A stretch of 63,646 nt of DNA from an uncultured Gammaproteobacteria bacterium (GTDB lineage: Bacteria > Patescibacteriota > Microgenomatia > UBA10105 > UBA927), in the NCBI GenBank assembly GCA_964356315.1, contig CAYHHA010000006.1:1-63646 (forward strand). The letters are read 5' to 3'. This document shows, piece by piece, positions 43,011 to 52,816 of the stretch (positions are counted from its first letter, which is position 1; every line of letters begins with the position of its first letter). The translations under genes were made by a program, and so were the position numbers. The notes beneath the pieces are model-generated. The model was given only the letters and a program-made list of their open reading frames with translations. It was not told the origin of the DNA and did no database searches.

Positions 43011-44687
43011 TCAGAGTTGAGGGGCTATTCCTTTATACAAGAAAATATCTTTTGCGATAGAAAAAAACAGAGGAGCCGCGGTTTCAGATCCCCACTGCGA
43101 ACTTGATGGTTCTCGAAGTGTCACAAGCATCACAAATTGCGGATTATCTGCAGGTGCAAATCCAACAAAGGATGCGATTGTTTTTTTTGCATCATAATGA
43201 CCCTCTACGGCTATTTGTGCAGTGCCAGTTTTTCCTGCAATTCTATATCCTTTTGGTTTCGCCCATTTTGCTTCTCCATTGTCCACCGCATTTATCATCA
43301 TCTCCGTTGTCAGGTCGGTTGATTTCTTACTTAACAACCGCTTCCCTTTGAGGGGTGGCAGTTCGATTTCTTTCCCCTTCGAATCAATTGTTTTTTTTAG
43401 GATTGTCGGTTGCATAAGCCAGCCACCGTTTGCGATTGCCGATACCGCCCTAACCATCTGGATTGGCGTCACGGCAATGCCTTGCCCAAATGAAGCCGTT
43501 GCTAGATCTATATCCTTCCACTCATCATCAGCGCGAAGCTCCGGTGAGGAATCTTCCTCTAAATCAATTCCAGATGGCTTTCCAAATCCAAAATCATGCA
43601 GAAATTTTAAAAATCGCTCCCGTCCCATTTTTTGCTGGATAAACACCATGCCCACGTTTGACGAATGCTGAATTATCCCAGACATCGATTGCTTTCCTCT
43701 ATAATTATTATCCCATGTGCGGATTGAATAGCCATCAACTTTCGTTGGCCCAACCTCATCCATTTCTGTGGTTGCTTCGATCACCCCACTATTGAGGGCA
43801 GACGCCATCACCAACACTTTAAATGTTGACCCAGGCTCATAGCTCGATCCAACCGCAGGGTTTATATAGACAGATTTATCAAAATCAGAAAAGTGAGATG
43901 GGTCATAGGATGGCACCGATGCCATGGCGAGGATACCTCCCGTTTTTGGATCCATCACGATAACGGATCCAGCGGCAGCTCCATATTTCGATATGCCTTC
44001 GAGTAATCGTTTTTCGACACTTCTTTGAATCACGCGATCGACCCACAAGACCAGAGACCGGCCATTCTCAGCTTCAATGCGACGCTCCTGCCCAATGACA
44101 ATAGGCGCTCCCAATGCATCTTTTTCTCTCTGAATATTTCCTTCAATTCCCCGAAGATCACGATCATAATATCCTTCAAGTCCAAAATATCCTTTATCTG
44201 AACCATTTTGATCAGATCCGACAAATCCCAACAAATGTGCGGACATAGAACTTTCGGGATAATATCTTTTTGAATCTGGTTCAAAATCAAGCCCTTTAAT
44301 CCCGAGTGAACGAAGCGAATCTACAATAGAAGCATCAACCTTATGTGCTAAAGGCACCCAAATTCTCCCTTCAGCAGTAATATTTTCATATACGCTTTTC
44401 TCATCGATAGGCAAGAATTTTGAGATCTGGGCGACAAAATCATTCGAATTTTGTATTTTTTTTGGCTGAGCGTACGCAAGATATGCCTGAGAATTTATGA
44501 CGAGAGGACTTCCATCAGAAGCAAATATCGATCCTCGCGCAGAGGGAAGTGAAAATTCCAAATAATATTGCTTTTCCGCCTGAGCTCTGAGAGATTCTCC
44601 TGCGATAACCTGCCAGTAGAATAACTTGATGATTATCAAGATGAACACACATACAATGGCGGTGAACCCAATAGATATTCTTATCAT
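43011..44687 (-). CDS. ftsI: Class B penicillin-binding protein (FtsI-type transpeptidase)
   Basis: N-terminal TM segment, PGSTFK (SxxK), SSN, KTGTA and dcw position. Confidence 0.92.
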   Translation of the reverse strand: MIRISIGFTAIVCVFILIIIKLFYWQVIAGESLRAQAEKQYYLEFSLPSARGSIFASDGSPLVINSQAYLAYAQPKKIQNSNDFVAQISKFLPIDEKSVYENITAEGRIWVPLAHKVDASIVDSLRSLGIKGLDFEPDSKRYYPESSMSAHLLGFVGSDQNGSDKGYFGLEGYYDRDLRGIEGNIQREKDALGAPIVIGQERRIEAENGRSLVLWVDRVIQRSVEKRLLEGISKYGAAAGSVIVMDPKTGGILAMASVPSYDPSHFSDFDKSVYINPAVGSSYEPGSTFKVLVMASALNSGVIEATTEMDEVGPTKVDGYSIRTWDNNYRGKQSMSGIIQHSSNVGMVFIQQKMGRERFLKFLHDFGFGKPSGIDLEEDSSPELRADDEWKDIDLATASFGQGIAVTPIQMVRAVSAIANGGWLMQPTILKKTIDSKGKEIELPPLKGKRLLSKKSTDLTTEMMINAVDNGEAKWAKPKGYRIAGKTGTAQIAVEGHYDAKKTIASFVGFAPADNPQFVMLVTLREPSSSQWGSETAAPLFFSIAKDIFLYKGIAPQL

Positions 44688-44725
44688 AGGGAAATATACA
44701 TACCTACTCTATCATTTTTAGTCAG

Positions 44726-45028
44726 TTACTGCTTTAGATTAAATGCGACCGGGAGCTGTGAAGGGGCTATCGTAAGATATGAAGACGGTTTTGCATCAAC
44801 AAATCCAATTTCCTTGGCTTTTGCATAGACGGTCAGAAGGGACGATGCAGAGGCTACTTTTTCTTCAAGCACTGTATTATCTGAACGAAGTGCATCAATG
44901 GTGATATCCACAGCTCTCATTTCTTTTCCTGAACCAACATATTGATTAGAAACAACGAGCTCAAATATTGCCAACAGTACAGCAACGCCAGGAGCAATAC
45001 GTATCAAAAATCGAATGAACAGTTTCAT
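44726..45028 (-). CDS. ftsL: FtsL-like small bitopic division protein
   Basis: 100 aa with one TM segment followed by a coiled coil. Position between rsmH and ftsI. Confidence 0.6.
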   Translation of the reverse strand: MKLFIRFLIRIAPGVAVLLAIFELVVSNQYVGSGKEMRAVDITIDALRSDNTVLEEKVASASSLLTVYAKAKEIGFVDAKPSSYLTIAPSQLPVAFNLKQ

Positions 45029-45909
45029 ATTTTTTCAACAATCCTCAACTTTGCACTTCTCGCTCTTTTATTTATCGTCACCTCTCTAGGATCGGCGAGA
45101 ATGGGTTTTTTAGAAATAGATTTCCAACTTCCATCACGCATAGATTGCTTCACAATCCTATCCTCGAGTGAATGGAAGCTAATAATCGCTAACCTTCCTC
45201 CACTCACCAACAATTCATTAGCAGTACTGAGCGCTTCTCGAAGCGCCCCAAACTCATCATTTACATAAATACGAAGCGCCTGAAAGATCCTCGAATACAC
45301 CGCGTATTTATCAGATGTTGATCCAATTGCTTTATCTATACACTGAAGCATTTGTCCAACCGTTGTGATTTTTTTTACCTGACGGGAGCGGATAAGAGCA
45401 TGAACAATTGCCCTAGAACGCTCCTCCTCACCATATTTCGTAAAAATTTCATACAAATCTTCTTCACTCGCGCTTTTTATATACTCCGATGCCGTCTCTC
45501 CTTGTGACCTGTCCAGTCGCATGTCGAGCGGTCCTTCTAAAAATCTATAACTGAATCCTTTTTCTGCCGTATCTAGCTGGAAACTAGACACACCCAAATC
45601 CATGAGTATTCCTGACACTTCTGCAAATCCGTGTGTTCTGGCAATAGTTCCAATATCCCGAAAGTTACCTTGCACCAGGGTCCATGATCCTTTCCAGTCT
45701 TGCTCTTTCCCTTCAGCTTCCAACCGTGTTGTCGCGTGCTCAATAGCGTCGGAATCAGCATCTATCCCAAGCACTATCCCTCCTCGTTTCACAAGCTCCA
45801 ATGTGTGTCCACCCCCGCCTAATGTCGCGTCTATGTAGAGCTTGCCAGTCTCTACTGCCAATCCCTCTAGTACTTCCTCCATCAATACCGGTGTGTGGTA
45901 ACTGTTCAT
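45025..45909 (-). CDS. rsmH: 16S rRNA m4C1402 methyltransferase RsmH (MraW)
   Basis: HTPVLMEEVL, DATLGGGGH, DLGVSS and SFHSLEDR. Confidence 0.95.
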   Translation of the reverse strand: MNSYHTPVLMEEVLEGLAVETGKLYIDATLGGGGHTLELVKRGGIVLGIDADSDAIEHATTRLEAEGKEQDWKGSWTLVQGNFRDIGTIARTHGFAEVSGILMDLGVSSFQLDTAEKGFSYRFLEGPLDMRLDRSQGETASEYIKSASEEDLYEIFTKYGEEERSRAIVHALIRSRQVKKITTVGQMLQCIDKAIGSTSDKYAVYSRIFQALRIYVNDEFGALREALSTANELLVSGGRLAIISFHSLEDRIVKQSMRDGSWKSISKKPILADPREVTINKRARSAKLRIVEKI

Positions 45910-46307
45910 GGCGATTGAAGCGTCGCTTCATATTTCCGCCAGGCATCAGTATCCCAAATTTCAAAATGATCTCCGGCACCGATCACTTTGACGTCTTTAC
46001 CAATTCGTGCATATTCCTTAAGGAGCGCAGGCATTAAAATACGACCCAGCTTATCTACTTCAACTTTCTCGGCTCCGGCAAACATGTATCTTCGAATAGC
46101 TCTTGCCTTCTCATCCGTCACTGGTGCTTCAAGTTGTTTTGTCGCTTGCTTCTCCCAACTCTCTTTATCAAATCCAAAAATACATGCGTCAAACCCTCGA
46201 GATAACACGACCTCTTTTTCTTCGAGCTCCTGTCGTATTTTTCTCGGGAGCGTTACTCTGCCCCTCTCGTCTAAAGCGTGATCATATTCCCCAAGGAATA
46301 ACTTCAT
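45906..46307 (-). CDS. mraZ: Transcriptional regulator MraZ
   Basis: MKLFLGEYDHALDERGRVTLP plus the second SpoVT/AbrB-like repeat (DKLGRILMP). Start set at ATG 46307. The longer ORF overlaps the promoter and operator-like repeats. Confidence 0.88.
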   Translation of the reverse strand: MKLFLGEYDHALDERGRVTLPRKIRQELEEKEVVLSRGFDACIFGFDKESWEKQATKQLEAPVTDEKARAIRRYMFAGAEKVEVDKLGRILMPALLKEYARIGKDVKVIGAGDHFEIWDTDAWRKYEATLQSP

Positions 46308-46347
46308 GAATCGATAGTACCATTTCTTCCCACTAATATCCATAGTT

Positions 46348-46383
46348 ACCCATTTTTCACGACAAGTCAAGACCCATTTCACG
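46348..46383 (-). promoter_or_regulatory. Putative dcw promoter with MraZ-box-like direct repeats
   Basis: The minus strand reads CGTGAAATGGGT-CTTGACT-TGTCGTGAAAAATGGGT. That is two TGGGT-containing repeats 24 nt apart flanking a TTGACT -35-like hexamer. A further GTGGG lies at about 46328. Confidence 0.4.
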
Positions 46384-46425
46384 AAAATAGACGGACATTT
46401 GAAAAAAATATACAATGGATGAACT

Positions 46426-46707
46426 ATGAAAAATAAAAATATAATGGTAATTTTGATGGGAACTATTTCAATCTTTGTTATTGTTCTTAACGCACTCTTC
46501 GTTGTTTATCTGGAGGATATTCATAACTCGTGTATAGATGGACAAACAACTCTGGCTATTCAAAAATATGAGGCTAGAATACTTCTAAGAGGAAACGAAA
46601 AATTCTATGTTGAGGACTCCAACTCGCATGGAAAATGTATCAAGAAATCAAACTTTATAGGAGGGATAATAAACGTTCTGAGTTCAGCAAAAATTAGATC
46701 CTTATAA
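46426..46707 (+). CDS. Hypothetical small membrane protein
   Basis: 93-aa ORF with one N-terminal TM segment, divergent from mraZ. Confidence 0.4.
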   Translation: MKNKNIMVILMGTISIFVIVLNALFVVYLEDIHNSCIDGQTTLAIQKYEARILLRGNEKFYVEDSNSHGKCIKKSNFIGGIINVLSSAKIRSL

Positions 46708-47172
46708 ATCAAAATCTTTGACAAACTGACTTTTTTTACCACTACTATCAGTAAATTCCATGGCGATAGATACTTTGGTCACACCGACATCAGGCTTACA
46801 AACATTTCGGGAACACGTCCCAAGATAAATCTCTCGTTCAAAGTCATCCTTCCCAACCGTTTCGATTGGTTTACTTCCGGAGTTAACGCCTTTTATAAGC
46901 CCCTGACTATCGTAGGTCAGTTCATACCCAACCGACTCCATTTTTCCACCCATTCCCACCACTTTCATAACAACGGCATTGTCTTTTGAGGAGCTTTTTT
47001 TTACATCTACCACTACTTTTGCATCCACCTGAGGCAATGCTTCCAAAACATCCTCCTCCACAACTTGTTTTTCAGGTGCAGATTTTGAAGTAAATACAGA
47101 TTTATACACGACAAACCCTGTTATCAAAAGAAGGACTGCAAGTCCTGCAAAAAGTATCGATAGTTTTTTCAT
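46702..47172 (-). CDS. Hypothetical secreted/anchored protein
   Basis: 156-aa ORF with an N-terminal hydrophobic segment, immediately downstream of glyQS. Confidence 0.5.
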   Translation of the reverse strand: MKKLSILFAGLAVLLLITGFVVYKSVFTSKSAPEKQVVEEDVLEALPQVDAKVVVDVKKSSSKDNAVVMKVVGMGGKMESVGYELTYDSQGLIKGVNSGSKPIETVGKDDFEREIYLGTCSRNVCKPDVGVTKVSIAMEFTDSSGKKSQFVKDFDL

Positions 47173-47173
47173 A

Positions 47174-48496
47174 TCATTCTCCTTTCAACTGCGTTTCTAT
47201 ATACGTTGATAATGCCGATATCGCTATGCGCTCCTGTTTGGTCGTATCTCTATGGCGCACGGTCACACATTCATCTTCAAGGGTTGTGTAGTCAACGGTA
47301 ACACACCACGGAGTTCCAATCTCATCCTGAGCCAGATATCGTTTCCCAATGTTTCCTCGATCATCCCAGACTGCCCTGACGTGACCCTTGAGATCTTTAT
47401 AGATAGATCTTGCCTTTTCTACTAATTCTGGTTTGTTTGCCACAAGTGGGAAGACCGCAACAGCATACGGCGCAAGCGATGGCTTAAGCTTCAAGTAAAT
47501 TCGCTTTTCATCTTCAACATATGCATCCAGAAGGAGTGCCAGAAAAAGACGGGAAACGCCAACAGATGGCTCTATCACGAATGGCAAATATTTCTCCCCG
47601 GTTATCGGATCGCGGTAAGAAAGGTCTTTTCCACAAAATTTACTGTGCGTTTTCAAATCATAATCCGTTCTGTTTGCTATTCCCTCCAACTCTTTAAAAC
47701 CCCATTCAGGATAATTGTATTCAATATCCCATGAATCTGCAGCATAATGCGCGCGCTCATCAGAAGCATGTTGCCGAAACCTGATATTTTCTTTTTGTAT
47801 TCCCATCGATAAATGCCATGCCATTCTGTCTGCCTTCCAAGTTTCAAATGCTTCGGTTGCATCTTTGGGGTGGACAAAATATTCTAATTCCATCTGTTCA
47901 AATTCCCGTACACGGAACAGATATTTCCCTGGAGTTATTTCGTTTCGGAATGCTTTCCCAATTTGTGCAATCCCAAAAGGAACTTTTATCCGAGTAGAAT
48001 CAACGACGTTTTGGAAATTCACATAAATTCCCTGACAGGTTTCTCCCCGTAGATACGCAAGACTAGAACTATCCTCCACGGGACCTATAAATGTACGGAA
48101 TAGTAAATTGAATTGTTTTGGCTCTGTCCAGACTACTGGAATAGTTTTTCCTTGAGCTTTGTGACCCTGCTTTTCATGATTGGCAATTTCATCAGGTTGG
48201 TCTGCACGAAACCGACCATGGCATACTTTGCACTCTACCAAAGGATCGGTAAATGACGAGACATGACCAGAGGCTTCCCATACCTTAGGATTCATAATTA
48301 TGCTCGCATCGAGTCCTACAACATCATCTCGATCGTGCACCATAGACTTCCACCATGCATCTTTTATATTTCGGGCAAACTCCACGCCCATAGGACCATA
48401 ATCCCAGAACCCGCCGATGCCACCATAAATTTCGCTGGATTGATAGACAAACCCGCGACGTTTACACAAAGAGACGACTGCATCAAGAGATTTCAT
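47174..48496 (-). CDS. glyQS: Glycyl-tRNA synthetase (class II, homodimeric type)
   Basis: FRNEITPG..LFRVREFEQMELEYF (motif 2) and the C-terminal anticodon-binding region. Length 440 aa. Confidence 0.93.
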   Translation of the reverse strand: MKSLDAVVSLCKRRGFVYQSSEIYGGIGGFWDYGPMGVEFARNIKDAWWKSMVHDRDDVVGLDASIIMNPKVWEASGHVSSFTDPLVECKVCHGRFRADQPDEIANHEKQGHKAQGKTIPVVWTEPKQFNLLFRTFIGPVEDSSSLAYLRGETCQGIYVNFQNVVDSTRIKVPFGIAQIGKAFRNEITPGKYLFRVREFEQMELEYFVHPKDATEAFETWKADRMAWHLSMGIQKENIRFRQHASDERAHYAADSWDIEYNYPEWGFKELEGIANRTDYDLKTHSKFCGKDLSYRDPITGEKYLPFVIEPSVGVSRLFLALLLDAYVEDEKRIYLKLKPSLAPYAVAVFPLVANKPELVEKARSIYKDLKGHVRAVWDDRGNIGKRYLAQDEIGTPWCVTVDYTTLEDECVTVRHRDTTKQERIAISALSTYIETQLKGE

Positions 48497-48509
48497 ACCG
48501 ATAATTGTA

Positions 48510-49055
48510 TCACACCATTTGTAAAAAAAATTTTGGTGTCTTTAGCCGTTTTTCAATAAGACCTTCTATAATAAGGTCAACTTTATCGACAGGAACTTCG
48601 CCCTTCGGGTAATACCCGAGAATAACGAGAAGGAGCCTAGGAAACTCCTGTATCACAATATCCTGTTTGTCAGAATCTATCGCACTAATCGCACGTAATA
48701 ACAACTCATACACCTCTTCGTTCTCCATCTTTTCCGGCATAAATGCATCTATAAGTTCGCAAATATAATAGGCACCGTTTACACTGCGAAGATTTACGAG
48801 CGAAAATTGACTATCTCCAATACTTTCAACTTCAGTCAGATAATCAACAGGCGTTGATTTGGTTGTAGAAAATCGTATTCGTCGAAAAATCTCCAGATGT
48901 GGAGCCCGTTTACTTTGGATTTTTCTCACACCCTTGGCTATCACTCGGATTTTTCCAAATTGTCTGGTAAATATCGTGAGAATGCGATCAGCTTCACCAA
49001 CTGATTTTCTCTTCAGGATGACTCCTTCTGCGGTGGACATCTGAGAAAATCTCAT
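48510..49055 (-). CDS. recO: DNA repair protein RecO (compact)
   Basis: The N-terminal OB-fold pattern EGVILKRKSVGEADRILTIFTRQFGKIRVIAKGVRK. At 181 aa it is shorter than typical RecO. Confidence 0.75.
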   Translation of the reverse strand: MRFSQMSTAEGVILKRKSVGEADRILTIFTRQFGKIRVIAKGVRKIQSKRAPHLEIFRRIRFSTTKSTPVDYLTEVESIGDSQFSLVNLRSVNGAYYICELIDAFMPEKMENEEVYELLLRAISAIDSDKQDIVIQEFPRLLLVILGYYPKGEVPVDKVDLIIEGLIEKRLKTPKFFLQMV

Positions 49056-49058
49056 GAA

Positions 49059-51029
49059 TTAGAGTGTAATTTCTATATCTGTTTGAAGCTCAAACTTCTT
49101 TCTATCTTTTCCGTTTAATTTCAAAAGCCATTCCTGTTTATCTGTGCCAGGCTGTTTTTGAATCAAAACTCGATATTTCCCATCAGTTGCTTTCACAGGT
49201 GACGAATAGGTAACTTCAAGTTTCGCAGCACCGAGCGGATTGACAATTAAAAACCCCTCTATCACCGTTTTCCCAAGGCCTTCTGACACCTTCATTGCTT
49301 CCACTTTCCCTGATTTTGGAGATTGCGTACCACGATTTTCTATAAGCTTACTCCCCAATGGGACATACAGACGCACCCAATTGCGAAGCGGTGCATTTAG
49401 ACACAATCCTCCACGCTCCAAATTACAATCACTACCCGGATAAGGATTCTTATAATCTACGGTCACTTTTGTTTGAATTGTTCCATCGGCGTTTACCGTA
49501 GTATCTTTTGTCACTTTTTCACTCACGAACATATTTGCTTTTCCACCGCTCATATTTGCGTTGTTTATGTGCAGATAATCCCATCCGTTTCCTTCTGAAT
49601 ATTTCAACACAGCTGAGGTACTATCTTTTGCCATGATACGTCCACCCAAATTAAAGCTTTCGACACCTTTTTGCGCCGCTTCATCATGCAAATAGGCGAC
49701 AAAATGTTTTTGATTTATCTCAGCAATTAGCATCTGGAACAGACTTCCCCAGTATTTCGAAGGAGACACGCCAAGGGCCTGTTGCAGTATGGCATGAAGT
49801 AACACCCCGATAATATCCTTGCGATCAGTCCTGACGTAATTAACTGGTCGAGATGAATAATCCTCTAATTCATATACCGCCTTTGGACAATCGCATCGTT
49901 TGTCGATAACAGCACTAAATTCACGACCACTGACATACAATGGTCCAAGTATTCGAAGCGCTTCGACTAACACGTGCGTGTCTACAGCAAATATTCCATC
50001 GATATTTTTTTCACCACCTGTTTGTGCATACATTTCTTCAAATTTCTGCATAGATATCTTGAAGTCAGGAGACAAATTACTATCTCGCAAATTCAAGTTA
50101 TATACTCCCACATGATAATTCAATATCTCCTCTGGAGCTGGAAATTTTTTCTTCAAGGTAGCATCAAGTGCGTAGATATCATCGGCCTTCTCTAGGATTG
50201 CTTTACCGCGTACAAATCGAAATTGCGCATATGCAGTGATAAATCCTCCGGTTGGTCGAAGCTCCTTGTCATTTTGAAAAATCACCAGATATCTTTTTTC
50301 TTTTGGTTCTCCGAGCATTGAAGGCAAACTCGTCAAAAGAGGCTGGGCATTTACGAACAAATTTGCTGCTTCATCAATTGCTGACTTTACAGATAAAAGT
50401 TTTGATCTCACGATCGTATCTCCAATTTTTTCTGGGTATCGATTTGGGTCAATAGCATCAAGCTCAGTTCGGAGAGTATCGATGCTTTTTGCCATGGCAT
50501 TTATCTTTGGTATCAATGCCGTCATGGTTTTTACAGCGGTCTGGATACGATCATCAGCCGTTCCCGATACGAATTTACTCTTCCCCTTAAGCCCTAATAA
50601 ATCAGCATTTGGCTCCAAAGCAGCGATAGCCAAATCCCCAGCTTCAATTCCTGCAAATGCTGCGGCAATAGCATGACTCCCGTCAGTAATATACGCTCCA
50701 ACGAACGGGACCGATTTGACCGGATTTAATTTTTCATATTGTGTCTTTAGAACTTCTAGCTCTTTGCGAGTTTCTGCAAGTCCTGCTTTCGTTTTATCTA
50801 GATCCTGAGATTTCATTGCGCTACCTGCTTCTTTCCCTTTTGCCGCAACTATTTTTGCTTGAGCCATAACTCCCTTAAGTGGCAGTAGCATAACAACCAA
50901 CCCACCCGCAATCAGAACGAGCAAGACAAGAGGAATCAGTACAATCATCCAAGGAAATGAACGTTTCTTTTTTGGGGATTGAGGCATAGACTTTGTTTGC
51001 AAATTTATTTTTTTTAGTTCTTCCACCAT
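49059..51029 (-). CDS. DUF4012-domain membrane-anchored protein
   Basis: N-terminal TM segment and FQNDKELRPTGGFITAYA, which matches the DUF4012 core. Located beside a glycan cluster, as is usual for this family. Confidence 0.7.
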   Translation of the reverse strand: MVEELKKINLQTKSMPQSPKKKRSFPWMIVLIPLVLLVLIAGGLVVMLLPLKGVMAQAKIVAAKGKEAGSAMKSQDLDKTKAGLAETRKELEVLKTQYEKLNPVKSVPFVGAYITDGSHAIAAAFAGIEAGDLAIAALEPNADLLGLKGKSKFVSGTADDRIQTAVKTMTALIPKINAMAKSIDTLRTELDAIDPNRYPEKIGDTIVRSKLLSVKSAIDEAANLFVNAQPLLTSLPSMLGEPKEKRYLVIFQNDKELRPTGGFITAYAQFRFVRGKAILEKADDIYALDATLKKKFPAPEEILNYHVGVYNLNLRDSNLSPDFKISMQKFEEMYAQTGGEKNIDGIFAVDTHVLVEALRILGPLYVSGREFSAVIDKRCDCPKAVYELEDYSSRPVNYVRTDRKDIIGVLLHAILQQALGVSPSKYWGSLFQMLIAEINQKHFVAYLHDEAAQKGVESFNLGGRIMAKDSTSAVLKYSEGNGWDYLHINNANMSGGKANMFVSEKVTKDTTVNADGTIQTKVTVDYKNPYPGSDCNLERGGLCLNAPLRNWVRLYVPLGSKLIENRGTQSPKSGKVEAMKVSEGLGKTVIEGFLIVNPLGAAKLEVTYSSPVKATDGKYRVLIQKQPGTDKQEWLLKLNGKDRKKFELQTDIEITL

Positions 51030-51087
51030 ATATCTATTGTCTTGGACAAACGAAAAAAAGTCAACACAGAAAGATGAGAAAAGGTCT

Positions 51088-51726
51088 TCAAACTGCGCCT
51101 TTACCAGATATCATTGCCCACGGACTTTTGAGTAAAATTTTAACTTCCAAAGACAAAGAACTCGTCCGGACATAATCTGCATCCATTTTTATCCGCTTAT
51201 CAAAGTTTACTTCACTTCTTCCAGAAACTTGCCAATATCCCGTAATTCCAGGCTTAGCAGACAGCACAATGGAAACTAATTCTTTTGTATGCGGATATTT
51301 TTTTTGTTGTTCAACAAGCTCATCGGGATAGTACGGTCGTGGGCCAACTAAACTCATGTCACCCTTTAGGACATTGAGAAATTGTGGTATCTCATCGATA
51401 GAATGCTTACGTATAAATCGGCCGACAGTGGTCACCCGAGGATCCTTAAGGAGTTTATAGCTATTTTTTTTGTATTCTCCATACAATTTTGCAAGCTGAG
51501 GATCACTGCGAAGCTTTTCATGAGCGTTTACTACCATAGAACGAAATTTGTAGAGTTTAAATAATCTCCCATCTTTTCCAACCCGCTGTGGTGTATCAGC
51601 GAAAATAGGACCAGGACTATCTACCCAGATAGAAATCGCCGTCACAATACAAATAGGAAGAAAAAATATCCCTAATATCATACTGCCAAAAATATCTATT
51701 AATCGTTTTATGATTATATAACTCAT
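51088..51726 (-). CDS. Undecaprenyl-phosphate sugar phosphotransferase (bacterial sugar transferase family)
   Basis: KRLIDIFGS, PGPIF..Q.RVGK.G..F..YKFRSM and DE.PQ..NVLKGDMSLVGPRP. Confidence 0.88.
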   Translation of the reverse strand: MSYIIIKRLIDIFGSMILGIFFLPICIVTAISIWVDSPGPIFADTPQRVGKDGRLFKLYKFRSMVVNAHEKLRSDPQLAKLYGEYKKNSYKLLKDPRVTTVGRFIRKHSIDEIPQFLNVLKGDMSLVGPRPYYPDELVEQQKKYPHTKELVSIVLSAKPGITGYWQVSGRSEVNFDKRIKMDADYVRTSSLSLEVKILLKSPWAMISGKGAV

Positions 51727-51733
51727 ACTAATA

Positions 51734-52816
51734 CTAGGTGAGATGATCGTGTTCAGTGCCGTTTAAGCTTTCGACCAGTGTTTTTATTTTTGCTACCGAA
51801 CTTTTTTTGCAAACAAGCAGAACATCGTTCGTATTCACAACAAGCATATCATCCAGATCTATGGTTGCAATCAACTTGTCTGTGTAATTATACACGAGTG
51901 AGTCCTTGGTATCCTGAAGGATAACTTTTCCTTGGGTTACATTGGTAGCATTCGAATCCTGCAAAGCTTCCTTCAACGCCTCCCAAGCACCAATATCGCT
52001 CCATTCGATATCTTCCGATACCACAAATGCGTCAGAGGGATTTAATTTTTCCAGAATCGCATTATCAAAATGAATTTTCTCTAAAGTCGGATAAATCTCA
52101 TCCAATTTTTCATAAAACCGTGATGTATGAAATTCGTTTACGATTCTAGACAATCCTTGATATAAATTTGGAGCAAATTTTTTGTATTGTTCCCATAAAA
52201 ATGCTGGGGTGGTAACAAAATACCCAACATTCCATGCATGATGCCCACTTTCGAAGTATTTTTTTGCGGTTTTTTTATCCGGCTTATATTGAAAATCGAT
52301 GAATGAATAAAATGGGATTCCGTTCTTTTTTGTCACTTGTTTTCCGTATTCTATCCACCCTAAATTATCGCTCGCAAATCGTGGTTTTTGGGATACAAAA
52401 ATTATTTTATTTGGATTATTTTTTATCACATCACCAGCACTCGCAAGGATAGATTTAAATAATTTTTCATTTCGCACGAGATGATCACTCCAAAGGATGA
52501 CCATGGGCTCATTTGGCGCTACCGCTTTTAATATCCCTGTCATAAGCCCTACCGCTGGACCTACATCTCTCATCTCAGGCTCTCCTATGACATGATCCGG
52601 AGGAAGTTTGTTTAGTTGATCTTGGACGAGTTGCACATGTTGTTTCCCAGTTGCGACGTAAATATCTGACCAAGTGAAATCAGGCTGGATACGTTCTATT
52701 GCGAGTTGTAACGTGGATTTATCTCCGACAATTTTTTCAAATTGCTTCGGGGATTTTTTTCTCGACAAAGGCCAAAGCCTTGTCCCAACACCACCGGCAA
52801 ATATAACTGCTTTCAT
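51734..52816 (-). CDS. Mannose-1-phosphate guanylyltransferase-like nucleotidyltransferase
   Basis: FAGGVGTRLWPLSRKKSPKQF and a downstream ManC-type core. No C-terminal isomerase cupin domain. Confidence 0.8.
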   Translation of the reverse strand: MKAVIFAGGVGTRLWPLSRKKSPKQFEKIVGDKSTLQLAIERIQPDFTWSDIYVATGKQHVQLVQDQLNKLPPDHVIGEPEMRDVGPAVGLMTGILKAVAPNEPMVILWSDHLVRNEKLFKSILASAGDVIKNNPNKIIFVSQKPRFASDNLGWIEYGKQVTKKNGIPFYSFIDFQYKPDKKTAKKYFESGHHAWNVGYFVTTPAFLWEQYKKFAPNLYQGLSRIVNEFHTSRFYEKLDEIYPTLEKIHFDNAILEKLNPSDAFVVSEDIEWSDIGAWEALKEALQDSNATNVTQGKVILQDTKDSLVYNYTDKLIATIDLDDMLVVNTNDVLLVCKKSSVAKIKTLVESLNGTEHDHLT

